DNA of 64,000 nt from Gloeobacterales cyanobacterium ES-bin-313 (GTDB lineage Bacteria > Cyanobacteriota > Cyanobacteriia > Gloeobacterales > Gloeobacteraceae): positions 1-64,000 of the forward strand of contig JACMLN010000098.1 in the NCBI GenBank assembly GCA_014379585.1, in the 5' to 3' direction. The notes below the pieces were generated by a model. It searched no databases. It was not told the origin of the DNA and worked only from the letters and a program-made list of their open reading frames with translations. Shown here piece by piece: positions 1 to 9,906 of this stretch. Position 1 is the first letter of the stretch. The number at the start of each line of letters is the position of its first letter. The position numbers and the translations under genes are program-made.

Positions 1-176
1 CCCACACCCCCTTGGCAACTTTAGTGGCTTGGTACTTGGTGTTGCTGGGTTGCGCAGTCCTCTTCCCACGTTGCGGGTGGGTGCGCAACCACCGCAGTCT
101 GTGGACTGGTGGCACGGTAGGTATGACGCTGCGCGTCCCAGACTCATGGCGAAAACCATTGAATTCAAAATTAAGA

Positions 177-220
177 ATTCAAAATTCAAAATTAAGAATT
201 CTTAATTTTGAATTTTGAAT
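177..220. repeat. perfect 44-bp palindrome built from AATTCAA/AATTAAG heptamer units, centred on GAATTC
   Basis: Read directly: 177-198 is the exact reverse complement of 199-220; further heptamer units lie at 161-176. Confidence 0.8.
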
Positions 221-310
221 TTCCCCGCGTGGTGATGCGGAATTGGAGAGGGATCGGGAGATGTTTGGGTTAGCGATGGGAGGCGCATTGGGTTTGGGTG
301 CCTCAGTCAC

Positions 311-2161
311 TCATTTCGATGGCGAGTCGGTATTCCTTCTTTCAGTTGCAATGCGTTTCGCATCAAAAATACCAATACTTCCAGTCGTTGGTCGAAACCC
401 ATCTCTAAGCGACGCCCCTCTCCCTTCAATTGCAGTATATAAGTAAGGCGTACAGGGCAAAGCATGATCCCAACACTGTTCTCCCTGCACTGGTCGATAA
501 ATAGACAACTTGCCCACAGACCCCAAAAGAGTTGGAACGGGGGGGTATTTTTCTTGCAGAAGAAAGGACTGGATGTTGATGGTGTAGTACCGCGACAAGA
601 CGATGCCATTGCCTAACGCACGGGTTGGGCAGTCACTCAGCAGGACAAAAGGCACCAAAACATTAACGATTGCGATAAACGCTTTTTCGCCTAAATTTCC
701 CTTCAGTACTTTCGGAGCAAGTCTACCGAGTTGATAGGCCAGTGGAGCGATCAAGAGGACAATCAAAGACCAGAAGAAGCCAAAACCGTACCGCAGTAAG
801 GGGGAGATCGAGAACCAATAAGCTACACCGATGAAGCTGATTACATAGACTGCTCTGTAGCATTCAAAATTCTGTTTGATCGCAGTGCGGCTCGGTCGCC
901 GGAAAATTTGGAGGGCAATAAAAGCCAAGATTGATACGCAAGCAATCAGTAAACCGACTGCGGCATAGCCTTTGCTAAAGTTCGCAAACCAGTTTGGAAA
1001 CCAACCCCAAAAGCCTTGAGCGAGAACCACATTGGGATCTGCAAATGGGGCGCGTCCCCAACTTTCGATGTAGCGCTTTTGATCTTGAACGACGGCAAGG
1101 GGCATCTTCCAATCGACTGAAAACAAGTCAATATTTGGATAAGGATAAACGAGATAACCAGAGAGGATGACCGTTCGGGCGAGCTTTGGGATCCACAGCA
1201 AGGGGAAAACCAGAGTGCATAGCGTAGCGATCCCGATTTTTCCCTGTCTCAAACTCCGGTAGGCCATATAGGGAATGAAGAGAAGCACAGGTAGGGCACT
1301 GAGTTTTAGTAAGGTTGTAAAAATAGCGAGCAAAGCAATATTGCATTGCAGAATAGCAGTTGACTCTCCAACTGCTTCCTGCTCTCCATAGCGACAGAAC
1401 AGGGCAAATAAGAACAGCATAAAAAGCGAAGTCGGCTCATCTGTCGAAGGAGAAGAGAGGTTGCTTGCCAACTCAAGCAGGGGCACCAGCAACAAAGCTT
1501 GCACCACAGAGCTGAACCGAAGATCCGTGCGTGGAAACAGAACTTCGTGCAGGCCAGACAATGCAAAACAGAAGACAACAAAACTCACTAGACCGACGAG
1601 GGCATGGAGAGGTTGATGCAATAAAAAAGTAAAGCTAAACAGGGCGCACGGTTGGAACCAGAGAGAGTCGTAGGCGAGAGGAGTATGTAAGTTACCCAGG
1701 CCAGGGGCAAGACCATATTGAATGATCCACTCAATGGACTGAGCGTGGTAGTAGCCTGTGTCGAAGTGCAGTAGCGTGCGACCGACAGAGCTTTTGAATG
1801 CGAGGATAGCGCCGAGCAAACCCAAGAGAAGAATATATAGACTGGGCAATGGCCTGAGTGCTCCCAACGCTCGCTTCGCTTCGACGATCAAGGGCACTCG
1901 ATTCAGCCACCCAAGGAGCAAGGCAAGGCCGAGAATGAGCAGATTGGCTTCAAGGCCAATGCCAATAAAAAAGGAGAGACAGAGTGTCAGGATCGAAATC
2001 GCAGCCAGACCAAGCAGTGGCACGATGGCAATCGGCACATCTTCATTTTTTGCGAGGGTGAAGTGTCGAATCCCCGCCACAAGCAACCCACCGTAGAGGC
2101 TACAGAGCGCAAAAATATAGAACCAAGCCGCCAGGATTGAAATCAACAGTACCCCTCGCAA
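311..2161 (-). CDS. large polytopic integral membrane protein of unknown function (possibly a GT-C-type or polymerase-like membrane enzyme)
   Basis: 616-aa ORF, more than 12 hydrophobic segments, no soluble catalytic motif recognised. Confidence 0.45.
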   Translation of the reverse strand: MRGVLLISILAAWFYIFALCSLYGGLLVAGIRHFTLAKNEDVPIAIVPLLGLAAISILTLCLSFFIGIGLEANLLILGLALLLGWLNRVPLIVEAKRALGALRPLPSLYILLLGLLGAILAFKSSVGRTLLHFDTGYYHAQSIEWIIQYGLAPGLGNLHTPLAYDSLWFQPCALFSFTFLLHQPLHALVGLVSFVVFCFALSGLHEVLFPRTDLRFSSVVQALLLVPLLELASNLSSPSTDEPTSLFMLFLFALFCRYGEQEAVGESTAILQCNIALLAIFTTLLKLSALPVLLFIPYMAYRSLRQGKIGIATLCTLVFPLLWIPKLARTVILSGYLVYPYPNIDLFSVDWKMPLAVVQDQKRYIESWGRAPFADPNVVLAQGFWGWFPNWFANFSKGYAAVGLLIACVSILAFIALQIFRRPSRTAIKQNFECYRAVYVISFIGVAYWFSISPLLRYGFGFFWSLIVLLIAPLAYQLGRLAPKVLKGNLGEKAFIAIVNVLVPFVLLSDCPTRALGNGIVLSRYYTINIQSFLLQEKYPPVPTLLGSVGKLSIYRPVQGEQCWDHALPCTPYLYTAIEGRGASLRDGFRPTTGSIGIFDAKRIATERRNTDSPSK

Positions 2162-2211
2162 GTCCGACTAGGATTTTATTGGCAAATGGCCACTTGCGCC
2201 TAGATTGTTTT

Positions 2212-4122
2212 CTAAAGAGGTTTGTCCGGCTCACCCTTCGTCTGAGCGTTCAACGTGGAAGGATCAGGGACATCGCCATTGGCAGATGGGATGGATCCAT
2301 CCTTGCGCGCACCGAAGTTTTTGACCAAGTCAGCGATGTTTTCTCCCGCCTTTCCGAGGAGGCGACCCGCTTCGCCCTCGGTGCCTGCGAGGAAGCCGTC
2401 TATGCTGCGGCCAAGACCCATACCTTTCATATAGGACTCGATCATTTTCTGGGCGCTTGCCGGATCGCCGAACATTGTGAAGTTGCCCTTCGCAAGGAAT
2501 TCGCCTAGGGCGCGGGCGATTGCCACCTGCGACTCGCGGCCAGCCTCGATGCGCAGTTTTGAAAGTTCGAATTCGAGCGCCGCATTCCCGTACTGCTCCC
2601 GGCCAGCGAGCATCTGGATTTCTTGATCGTTGCGTTGTTTTTGAAGAACGACGCGCGCCTCTTCGACTTGAATCTGGTTGCGCTCAACATTCACTGCCAC
2701 CATCCGCTCTGCCGTCTCGCCCTCGGCGCGAAGGGCAGACGCCTTGGCCTCGCCCTCTGCAAGGCGTACCCGAGCGTCGTACTCGGACTCGGCGGCGGCT
2801 TTTTTCGCCTCTGCTTCCTTCTGGATACTGTAGGCGTTGACATCGGCCTCAACTTGGCGGCGGTAGCGCTCCTGCTCCGCTTCTTTGCGAGCTGCGATCA
2901 GTTTTTGTTCGCCCTCGCGCTCAGCAGCGGCAGTCACCTCGACAGTGCGGACAGCCTGTTCGGAGCGCGCCCGCTCAGCCTCGGCGACAAAGCGCAGGCT
3001 ATCGGCGTCGGCTTTGTCGGCATCGGCGGCGGCGATCGCAGTCTGCTTCTGGCGCTCGGCGGTTTCAACTGCCTGGGAGCGTTCGACTTCTGCGAGTTCT
3101 TGCTCGCGTCTTTTGAGCAAGATCAGCCTCTGGGATTCGATCTGCGATTCTTCGATTTTGCGCTGTTTTTCGATGTCGCGCTGGGCTGTACGCTCTTCTT
3201 CTTCGAGTTGCACCCGGCGGGACTCTGCTTCTTTCTGCGTCTGAATTGTTGCCTCGCGCGCCTTCTGTCCAGCCGCCGCCTCTGCCACCTGCGCTTTGTT
3301 GATCGCCTCGGCCTCGGCGCGGATGCGCTCCTGTTCGAGCACACTCAGCCTTGTGGAAACATCTTTTTCGGTGCGAGCCTGCTCAGCGTCGCGCTCGATC
3401 CGGTTGCGTTCCACCAGAGCTGTCTGAGTGATCTCTGCAATCCGTCGCAAACCCTGGGCATCGAAAACGTTGTTCGGGTCGAGCAGTTTTGTGTTGGTTT
3501 GGTCGAGTTTGGAGACAGTCACCGATTCGAGGGTGAGGCCATTGGACTTGAGATCCGCCTCGACCGCCGACTTGACCTCAGCGGCGAATTCTTCGCGTTG
3601 GCCGTTGAGTTGTTCGAGAGTGCGGGTGGCAGCCACCGACCGCAAAGTCGAATCGAGCTTGTCTTTGATCAGTTCTTCGATGGAACCAGGGTCGGAGGCT
3701 TTGTCGCCTAGGGAGCGAGCCGCGTTCAAGACATCCTCTTGGTTGGGCTGGACGCGGAGGTAGAACTGGGCTTTGAGGTCGGCGCGCAGTTTGTCTTCGG
3801 TGACAAGGGCATCGCCACCGAGGCGGTCAACGTCGAGGCGGATGGTTCCTAAGGGCACGCGCACAGTTTCGTGGAGTACAGGGATCACCAACGCCCCGCC
3901 ATCAAGGACAACAAGTGCCCCACCCCGACCAGTACGGACAAAAGCGGTGTCAGCTTTTGTGCGCACGTAGAGCTTGGTGAAGACAATCACGAAGGTGCCC
4001 AGTACCAGCAGCACCACTCCAAGCCCAGCCACAGTCAGTTGTACTGGCCCCTCGATCGGCAGCAGGAAAGGGCCGACGATAAGACCTAGACAGAAAATCA
4101 ACCAAAAAATGGCGCTTATCAC
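2212..4122 (-). CDS. flotillin-family (SPFH/band-7) protein, YqiK-like
   Basis: N-terminal TM segment, SPFH-like core, long EA/RQ-rich coiled coil, typical flotillin length (636 aa). Confidence 0.8.
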   Translation of the reverse strand: MISAIFWLIFCLGLIVGPFLLPIEGPVQLTVAGLGVVLLVLGTFVIVFTKLYVRTKADTAFVRTGRGGALVVLDGGALVIPVLHETVRVPLGTIRLDVDRLGGDALVTEDKLRADLKAQFYLRVQPNQEDVLNAARSLGDKASDPGSIEELIKDKLDSTLRSVAATRTLEQLNGQREEFAAEVKSAVEADLKSNGLTLESVTVSKLDQTNTKLLDPNNVFDAQGLRRIAEITQTALVERNRIERDAEQARTEKDVSTRLSVLEQERIRAEAEAINKAQVAEAAAGQKAREATIQTQKEAESRRVQLEEEERTAQRDIEKQRKIEESQIESQRLILLKRREQELAEVERSQAVETAERQKQTAIAAADADKADADSLRFVAEAERARSEQAVRTVEVTAAAEREGEQKLIAARKEAEQERYRRQVEADVNAYSIQKEAEAKKAAAESEYDARVRLAEGEAKASALRAEGETAERMVAVNVERNQIQVEEARVVLQKQRNDQEIQMLAGREQYGNAALEFELSKLRIEAGRESQVAIARALGEFLAKGNFTMFGDPASAQKMIESYMKGMGLGRSIDGFLAGTEGEAGRLLGKAGENIADLVKNFGARKDGSIPSANGDVPDPSTLNAQTKGEPDKPL

Positions 4123-4143
4123 CTTAAAACTCCCGTTGGTTGT

Positions 4144-4740
4144 TTAGACATCGGACGGATCGGTGGTCGTGGCCAAAACCAAACAAAGGCTTCGGGCCAC
4201 CACCACGTCGGCAACAATAATCGATTGGTTTTTTGTGAGCGGCGAACCCTCGATGCTGCGATAACGCACCTCCTGAAGGTTGCCGAAGCTGTCGCGCACT
4301 TGCGCAAAGCCTTCGGTGGGAGAGATCAACAGCACCACCCGACCTGACTGGCCAACAAGGGATGCAAACGAGCCAGCGTAGCTCTCCTGGCTAGGAAACA
4401 AGCGGCCAATCAGTCGGGAGAAAAGCGCGGTCAACACGAGACTCCCCACAGCGGAGGCTAAAGCAGCGGAAGCAATCAGCCCCAGATTGGAAGCATCGCG
4501 CACCCCAAGCAGCAAGTTCGCCGCCACCCCAAGGAACCCATAAAAAATGCACAGCATTGTCAGCCATGTCAACAGTGGCACGCGCCCAACGCCGATCAAC
4601 GATATCGCACCTTCTACTTCAGGTTCACCATCAGTGTCACTGCTGCCCTCGTCCAGACCAAAGGCTGCTACGAAAGCTAAAGCAACGCCAAATGCACCAG
4701 GGACGATATAGATCAAATTCCACCAGCCAAACCAGCTCAA
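4144..4740 (-). CDS. NfeD/YqiJ-like membrane protein paired with the flotillin
   Basis: N-terminal TM helices plus a C-terminal beta-rich NfeD-like segment; immediately upstream of the flotillin on the same strand, as in yqiJ-yqiK. Confidence 0.6.
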   Translation of the reverse strand: MSWFGWWNLIYIVPGAFGVALAFVAAFGLDEGSSDTDGEPEVEGAISLIGVGRVPLLTWLTMLCIFYGFLGVAANLLLGVRDASNLGLIASAALASAVGSLVLTALFSRLIGRLFPSQESYAGSFASLVGQSGRVVLLISPTEGFAQVRDSFGNLQEVRYRSIEGSPLTKNQSIIVADVVVARSLCLVLATTTDPSDV

Positions 4741-5106
4741 AGCAGCCTCTCCGAAAATCTACAAACTCTCAAAGTAGACAGGCAGGCGAACGCTGTCTAT
4801 CGTCTTGGGCAGAGCTTATCAGGGGTCGTGGCACAGAAGATGCAGTCCGACTTTTGTCTTGGTTTTATAGACACTTATGTCTTACAGGATCCTTCTCCAT
4901 ATAGTCTAACTCAGCAGAACTTTTCAAATTGTTCTGGGGAAACCCACCCAATCGCTATCCCGTGCAATGCGATAGTAGTATAGCAAGCAGTAAAATGAGA
5001 CATTTGCAGATTCGCAATGCTTCGCCGACTAGTGATCACTGAAAAGGGCGCAGGGCAAAGAGTGCAATCCCTTACTGCACAGTTTGTTGCCTACCCCAAG
5101 GGAAAA

Positions 5107-5745
5107 TCAAGTTCCTGGCAAACTGCGCAGACGTTCGCTTTGGTGCATGCGATCCGCAAGACTGGTTAGCAAGGGGCCATGGGTGCCAAATTCGACAACG
5201 CTGACAGCGCCAACGGGCATGCCTAATCGAAAGCGGAATCGCCCCACATCAATGCCAAGCAGACCACAGAGGATGATCCGAATCGTTGCTTTGTGGGCCA
5301 CGACGAGCACATTGCCATCGCTAAAAGTGTGCTTGATCTCTTCGATCACGGCCAGGGCGCGGGTCGCAATCACAACCGCAGACTCGCCCCCTGTGGGTGG
5401 GTTCCAGGCAGGATCAGCCGTCCAACGCAGGTACTCATCGTGGTAGGCGGCACCCACCTCCGCTACAGATTTGCCCTCCCATTCGCCATAGTTGATCTCT
5501 TTGAGGCCATCACGGAGATTGAGAGGCAGACCAACCGCAGTGGCTAAGGGGCTGGCAGTAGCGATTGTCCGCTTCATCGGGCTGCTGTAGATCGCCGTCC
5601 AAGGCTTACTTTTGTAGGCTTCAGCAAAGCCTTCAGCCATTTCGGTGCCATCTTCAGTCAGTTCGGGATCTAGGGAGCCGCAAAAAGCATTGGCCCGACT
5701 ATAGGTAGTTTGGCCGTGGCGCAAAAAATACAGGGTGAGAACCAT
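5107..5745 (-). CDS. histidine phosphatase family protein (phosphoglycerate-mutase-like)
   Basis: LRHGQT catalytic motif near the N-terminus, 212 aa. Confidence 0.8.
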   Translation of the reverse strand: MVLTLYFLRHGQTTYSRANAFCGSLDPELTEDGTEMAEGFAEAYKSKPWTAIYSSPMKRTIATASPLATAVGLPLNLRDGLKEINYGEWEGKSVAEVGAAYHDEYLRWTADPAWNPPTGGESAVVIATRALAVIEEIKHTFSDGNVLVVAHKATIRIILCGLLGIDVGRFRFRLGMPVGAVSVVEFGTHGPLLTSLADRMHQSERLRSLPGT

Positions 5746-5786
5746 GAAAAAATTTGAATACGTTCTGTTGCATCCTAACTTTTTCC

Positions 5787-7292
5787 TTACTCTGAAGAAT
5801 CTAAGCGGCGCTGAAGTGAGCCGAGTAGCCCTTGTTTGCGCGAAGCAGATCGGGCTTTACCAGCCGCAGCCCACTGCTGAAGGGCGACAATTTGCTCTTC
5901 GGCGGTGCGTGCGAGGGGAACGATCTGGGCAATGGCCTGGACAATATCGTCGGTCGTAAAGTCGCGATTCTGAGAAAAACCGATATGCATCGCTTCGACA
6001 ATCACTTGCTCGATTTCAGCGCCGCTAAAGTCGGGGGTTTCGTAGGCGAGGCGTTCGAGGTCGTAAGCGCGCAGATTGTGGGGACGCAATTTATTCAGGT
6101 GCACTTGGAAGATCTCGGCGCGCTCGATTTGGCTTGGCAAGTTGACAAAAAAGACTTCGTCGAAGCGGCCTTTGCGCAACAGTTCTGGGGGCAGGCGGTG
6201 AATATCGTTGGCGGTGGCAACGACAAAAACGGGTGACGTTTTCTCGGCCATCCAGGTAAGAAACGTGCCGAAAACGCGGCTTGCGGTTCCAGCGTCGCCT
6301 CCTTGTAAGTTGCCGAAGGATTTGTCAATTTCGTCCGCAAACAGCACACAGGGCGCGAGGGCTTCAGCCAGTTGAATCATCTGGCGGGTGCGCGCTTCCG
6401 ACTCGCCGACCAAGCCTGCAAACAGCCGACCAACATCGAGTCTGAGCAGAGGCAAGTGCCAGTGATGGGCGATGGCGCGGGCAGTGAGCGATTTTCCCGT
6501 TCCTTGAATACCGACAAGGAGCAACCCCCGTGGGTGGGGCAAACCGTAGCGGCGAGCTTGATCGCTAAAAGCAGCTCCTCGCTGAATTAGCCAGTCTTTG
6601 AGTTGATCGAGGCCACCGATATCGGCGATTGCTTCTGTGGCTGGATAAAATTCGAGAATTTGGGTTTGGCGAATTTTTTGTTTTTTCTCTTCAAGGATCA
6701 GCTCAACATCGGAACTATCCAGAGACCCACTGCGGGCAATCGCCTTGGCGAGTACTTGGCGAATCCGATTCAAAGAAAGTCCCTGACAGGCTTTGACTAA
6801 CTCTTCGCGCTCAGATCCGCTCAGGGTATTGCGTTCGCCTAGCAACTTTTGCACCTCTTGATCGATCTCCACTGCTCCAGGCAAAGAAAATTCAAGTACC
6901 GTCATCTCTTCGGCCAGATCCAAAGGCACGACCAAACGCGGTGCCAAGATCACGATTGTTTTGGCCTGAGAACGCAGACGACGAGCCAAATTCCGCAACT
7001 TGCGACCTACAGAAATATCTTCGAGGAACCGATGAAAGTCGCGCAGCAAGAAAATCGCTTGGGTTTCGGGTCTAGCCCGTTCAACAAATTCCAACGCTTG
7101 GAGGGGATTACTGCGGGCGGTTCCTGCGTCTACCCCTTCTTGCTGGTAGCCTTCCACAAAGTCCCAGCAGTAGACCATCCGCCGAGCGACTTGGGCAATC
7201 GCCTGCTCTGCTCGCTCTTCCTCCGCCGTGACGACATAGATCAGAGGGTAGCGGGCGCGAATTAACAAATCCAATTCCGAGGCAAAGTCCAT
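5787..7292 (-). CDS. ycf46: AAA+ ATPase, Ycf46-like
   Basis: Walker A GIQGTGKS, Walker B VLFADEID, second region of homology with arginine finger (RKGRFDE); about 500 aa with a 230-aa N-terminal domain, as in cyanobacterial/plastid Ycf46. Confidence 0.55.
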   Translation of the reverse strand: MDFASELDLLIRARYPLIYVVTAEEERAEQAIAQVARRMVYCWDFVEGYQQEGVDAGTARSNPLQALEFVERARPETQAIFLLRDFHRFLEDISVGRKLRNLARRLRSQAKTIVILAPRLVVPLDLAEEMTVLEFSLPGAVEIDQEVQKLLGERNTLSGSEREELVKACQGLSLNRIRQVLAKAIARSGSLDSSDVELILEEKKQKIRQTQILEFYPATEAIADIGGLDQLKDWLIQRGAAFSDQARRYGLPHPRGLLLVGIQGTGKSLTARAIAHHWHLPLLRLDVGRLFAGLVGESEARTRQMIQLAEALAPCVLFADEIDKSFGNLQGGDAGTASRVFGTFLTWMAEKTSPVFVVATANDIHRLPPELLRKGRFDEVFFVNLPSQIERAEIFQVHLNKLRPHNLRAYDLERLAYETPDFSGAEIEQVIVEAMHIGFSQNRDFTTDDIVQAIAQIVPLARTAEEQIVALQQWAAAGKARSASRKQGLLGSLQRRLDSSE

Positions 7293-7473
7293 TCCGACAG
7301 CATCAATGGCGGCTCTTCTATTATCAGTCCCCTAGCTAGCAACGATCCTAAGCAGATCTAGAAAAGTGCAAGTAGGCCGTTATTGCTTTTAATGTGAGCA
7401 TCTTTCTAGAACGTGCTGGCAAAATTTTATCTGGGATTTTATAATCTTTATAAGAACTATAAACAAATCGGTT

Positions 7474-7836
7474 ATGGCCACCAGCAAAGCGAAGAAAGTC
7501 GTGACAGCGTACTCAGATGTAGAGTCTGCGAAGGCGATCCATGCAATTGCCCGTGCAGAGTCACGCTCAGTGGCTCAGGTAGCGGGAGCTGCACTCAAGC
7601 TATACGTGCAGTTAAGCACAGATGTACGCAGCACTTTACGGGAACTCGAAGGAGACGAGGAGGCGTTTAGGCATCTGATGCAACAGATTTCGCGGGTTGT
7701 CAGGGCCGAACGCTTCGATACTGCAGCCCGCAAGGTGGCCAAGTCTTTACCCGAAAATGTCTTCGTTCCAGAAGACGAAGACGCCATTCTGTCCATGGCA
7801 GTAGATGCTGTAAGTGCTCAGGAGACTGCTTCTTGA
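7474..7836 (+). CDS. ribbon-helix-helix-like putative antitoxin
   Basis: Small protein with an N-terminal beta-strand/helix pattern; 4-nt ATGA overlap with the downstream PIN-like gene. Confidence 0.45.
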   Translation: MATSKAKKVVTAYSDVESAKAIHAIARAESRSVAQVAGAALKLYVQLSTDVRSTLRELEGDEEAFRHLMQQISRVVRAERFDTAARKVAKSLPENVFVPEDEDAILSMAVDAVSAQETAS

Positions 7837-8375
7837 AACAAGGGGATTCCCCAGCAGTCTGGCGAGTCTTGCTAGACTTAAACATTTTTGTGGCCTATTT
7901 CTTGGGTTTAAGCAAGGGACGTAAGGGGACTGCGGCACAGTTTCTTGTCGAAAGTGTTCGCGATGGGACCTGCACTTTGGGCCCGCTGCAACTGGTTGTT
8001 TCTTGGGGGATGCTCAACCGTCTTGAATTGGTCTTACTACGATTTGGTTACGATCCTCTCGCTATCCAAGGATTTACCGAGGCAGTCGCTGAACTCTCCA
8101 GGTTGGGACCATTCAAGGAGTTTCCGACTGTGACCCTTGGTGGAATCGGTGTTGTTGCCCTCAAAGATGAGGAGGATGCCCATGTACTCACAACTGCAAT
8201 GGCTGGGCGAGCAAAAATACTGGTCACGGCAAATTTCAGAGATTTTGATGACGATATGGTTCAGATTGTGCCCGGTAGGATCGGTGAAATAAAATACCCT
8301 GAGCATTCTTTACTTGTGGTCAATCCTCACATCGCAGCGCGTTGGTTCCGAGAGGGAAATATTGATCTTCGTTAA
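7833..8375 (+). CDS. PIN-domain-like putative toxin
   Basis: N-terminal VLLDLNIF (acidic residue in beta1) and later ILVTANFRDF segments typical of PIN nucleases; translationally coupled to the upstream small gene. Confidence 0.5.
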   Translation: MKQGDSPAVWRVLLDLNIFVAYFLGLSKGRKGTAAQFLVESVRDGTCTLGPLQLVVSWGMLNRLELVLLRFGYDPLAIQGFTEAVAELSRLGPFKEFPTVTLGGIGVVALKDEEDAHVLTTAMAGRAKILVTANFRDFDDDMVQIVPGRIGEIKYPEHSLLVVNPHIAARWFREGNIDLR

Positions 8376-8442
8376 GCTGTACAGCCATCACCTAGAGCGT
8401 CAATACCGAGTGTTAAGGTGAGGGAAGCAGGACAAAGAGCGG

Positions 8443-9012
8443 ATGATGAGCAAATTTTTGACAGTTGAGGGGGAAGTCCTCGGTTATCTTCCCAACCGAT
8501 ACGGAATCCATAATCGGGTGCAGATTAGCACTGATCAAGGCGAATTGATGGTCAAGTTCCCGAAAGAATGGAGCCACCGCATCTACAGTTCGATTGCCGT
8601 TGGAGAAAAGGTTCAGGTGCGCGGCAAGCTCAAAGAGGATGACGAAGGAACGCTATACCTGAAGGCAGAAGTTGTACTTCATCTGAAAGATGCTGTACGG
8701 GTAAGTGTTGGCCCAAGCCAGTTACCTACAGAAGAAGTCATACCACCAACACTCCCAACTGCGCGAGTACTCGTCTGTACAAAATCTGACTGCTGCAAGC
8801 GTGGGGCAAAACAGTTAGTGAAGTCGTTGGAAGAGTCAGTGGAGCGCTACGGACTGCAAGATCAAGTGACGATTCAAACCACTGGTTGCATGAAGAGATG
8901 CAAAGAAGGGCCGAATTTGGTGATCATGCCCCAGAAATCTCGGTACAGTAATGTGCGGCCAGCCCAAGCACCAGAACTGCTCTTGCGCGAGATTCTTCCA
9001 AAAGTGGAGTAA
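8443..9012 (+). CDS. protein with a C-terminal thioredoxin-like [2Fe-2S] ferredoxin domain fused to an unknown N-terminal domain
   Basis: Cys cluster VLVCTKSDCCKRG ... TGCMKRCKEGPNLVIMP matches the NuoE-type 2Fe-2S ferredoxin pattern. Confidence 0.5.
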   Translation: MMSKFLTVEGEVLGYLPNRYGIHNRVQISTDQGELMVKFPKEWSHRIYSSIAVGEKVQVRGKLKEDDEGTLYLKAEVVLHLKDAVRVSVGPSQLPTEEVIPPTLPTARVLVCTKSDCCKRGAKQLVKSLEESVERYGLQDQVTIQTTGCMKRCKEGPNLVIMPQKSRYSNVRPAQAPELLLREILPKVE

Positions 9013-9015
9013 ATC

Positions 9016-9897
9016 ATGTTTGAAATTCGTCGGGATATTGGTCCATTTGAAGAGTGCGAACTCATCGATCACAAGGCCAACTCCCGTGTACAGGTTTTTC
9101 CGGGACGGGGTGGAATCATCACCAGTTTTACTATCGAGGGCAAAGAACTCTTCTACCTCGAAAAAGATACGATCCTTGACACAACCCGCTCGGTACGTGG
9201 TGGAAATCCAATTCTTTTCCCCCTCTGTGGCGGCTTGCCCGATGATACTTACCAATTCAAAGACATCTCCTACAAGATCAAGCAACACGGATTTGGTCGT
9301 ACGAATGCGTGGAAAGTGACCGGGGAAGATACCGAAGATGCTGCAATCCTCACCATCGAACTGACCTCAGACGAAACCACTCTGGCCTCTTTTCCTTTTC
9401 ACTTCACGGTGAAATATCACTACATTCTCAAGGGCAACACCCTCACGATCCGCCAGGAATACATCAACCGAGGTTACATCCACGATCCGGAAGTGGCGAT
9501 GCCTTTTGCCACAGGCTTCCATCCTTACTTTCTCGCAACAGATAAGTCCAAGCTGCAATTCGATCTTCCTGCAAGCCAATACGTCGATCACGTCAGTGGC
9601 GAACCGAGCACCTTCAAAGGCTTCCCATTTGAAGCGCCAGTGATCGATTGGGTCTTTACCGATGTCCACAGCCCAATTGCCATAGTCACGAATCCAACCG
9701 ATGGCTACCGCCTCACCTTAAAAAGTGAGAATGTCTATAAGTATTTAGTTTTCTGGACATTGATCGGCAAGGATTTCTTCTGCCTTGAGCCGTGGACTGC
9801 CCGCCGCAATGCCCTCAATACAGGCACAGATCTGCAGTACGTCCCACCCCGTAGCAGCCTGACCTTCGAATTCTCTATGGTAGGGGAACTGCTCTAG
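9016..9897 (+). CDS. aldose 1-epimerase family protein (hexose-6-phosphate mutarotase-like)
   Basis: GGNPILFPLCG motif and 293-aa beta-sandwich-like composition; 3-nt gap after the upstream gene. Confidence 0.7.
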   Translation: MFEIRRDIGPFEECELIDHKANSRVQVFPGRGGIITSFTIEGKELFYLEKDTILDTTRSVRGGNPILFPLCGGLPDDTYQFKDISYKIKQHGFGRTNAWKVTGEDTEDAAILTIELTSDETTLASFPFHFTVKYHYILKGNTLTIRQEYINRGYIHDPEVAMPFATGFHPYFLATDKSKLQFDLPASQYVDHVSGEPSTFKGFPFEAPVIDWVFTDVHSPIAIVTNPTDGYRLTLKSENVYKYLVFWTLIGKDFFCLEPWTARRNALNTGTDLQYVPPRSSLTFEFSMVGELL

Positions 9898-9906
9898 GTT
9901 TCGACG

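Noticed and set aside
12-446. ORFs 12-218 and 243-446 at the window edge
   Set aside because: They overlap the palindromic repeat and the 3' end of the large membrane-protein gene, and carry no recognisable protein features.
2623-3711. 362-aa plus-strand ORF (and several 100-aa ORFs) inside the flotillin gene
   Set aside because: Antisense shadow ORFs in a GC-rich, repeat-rich coiled-coil coding region; low-complexity L/A/G-rich translation.
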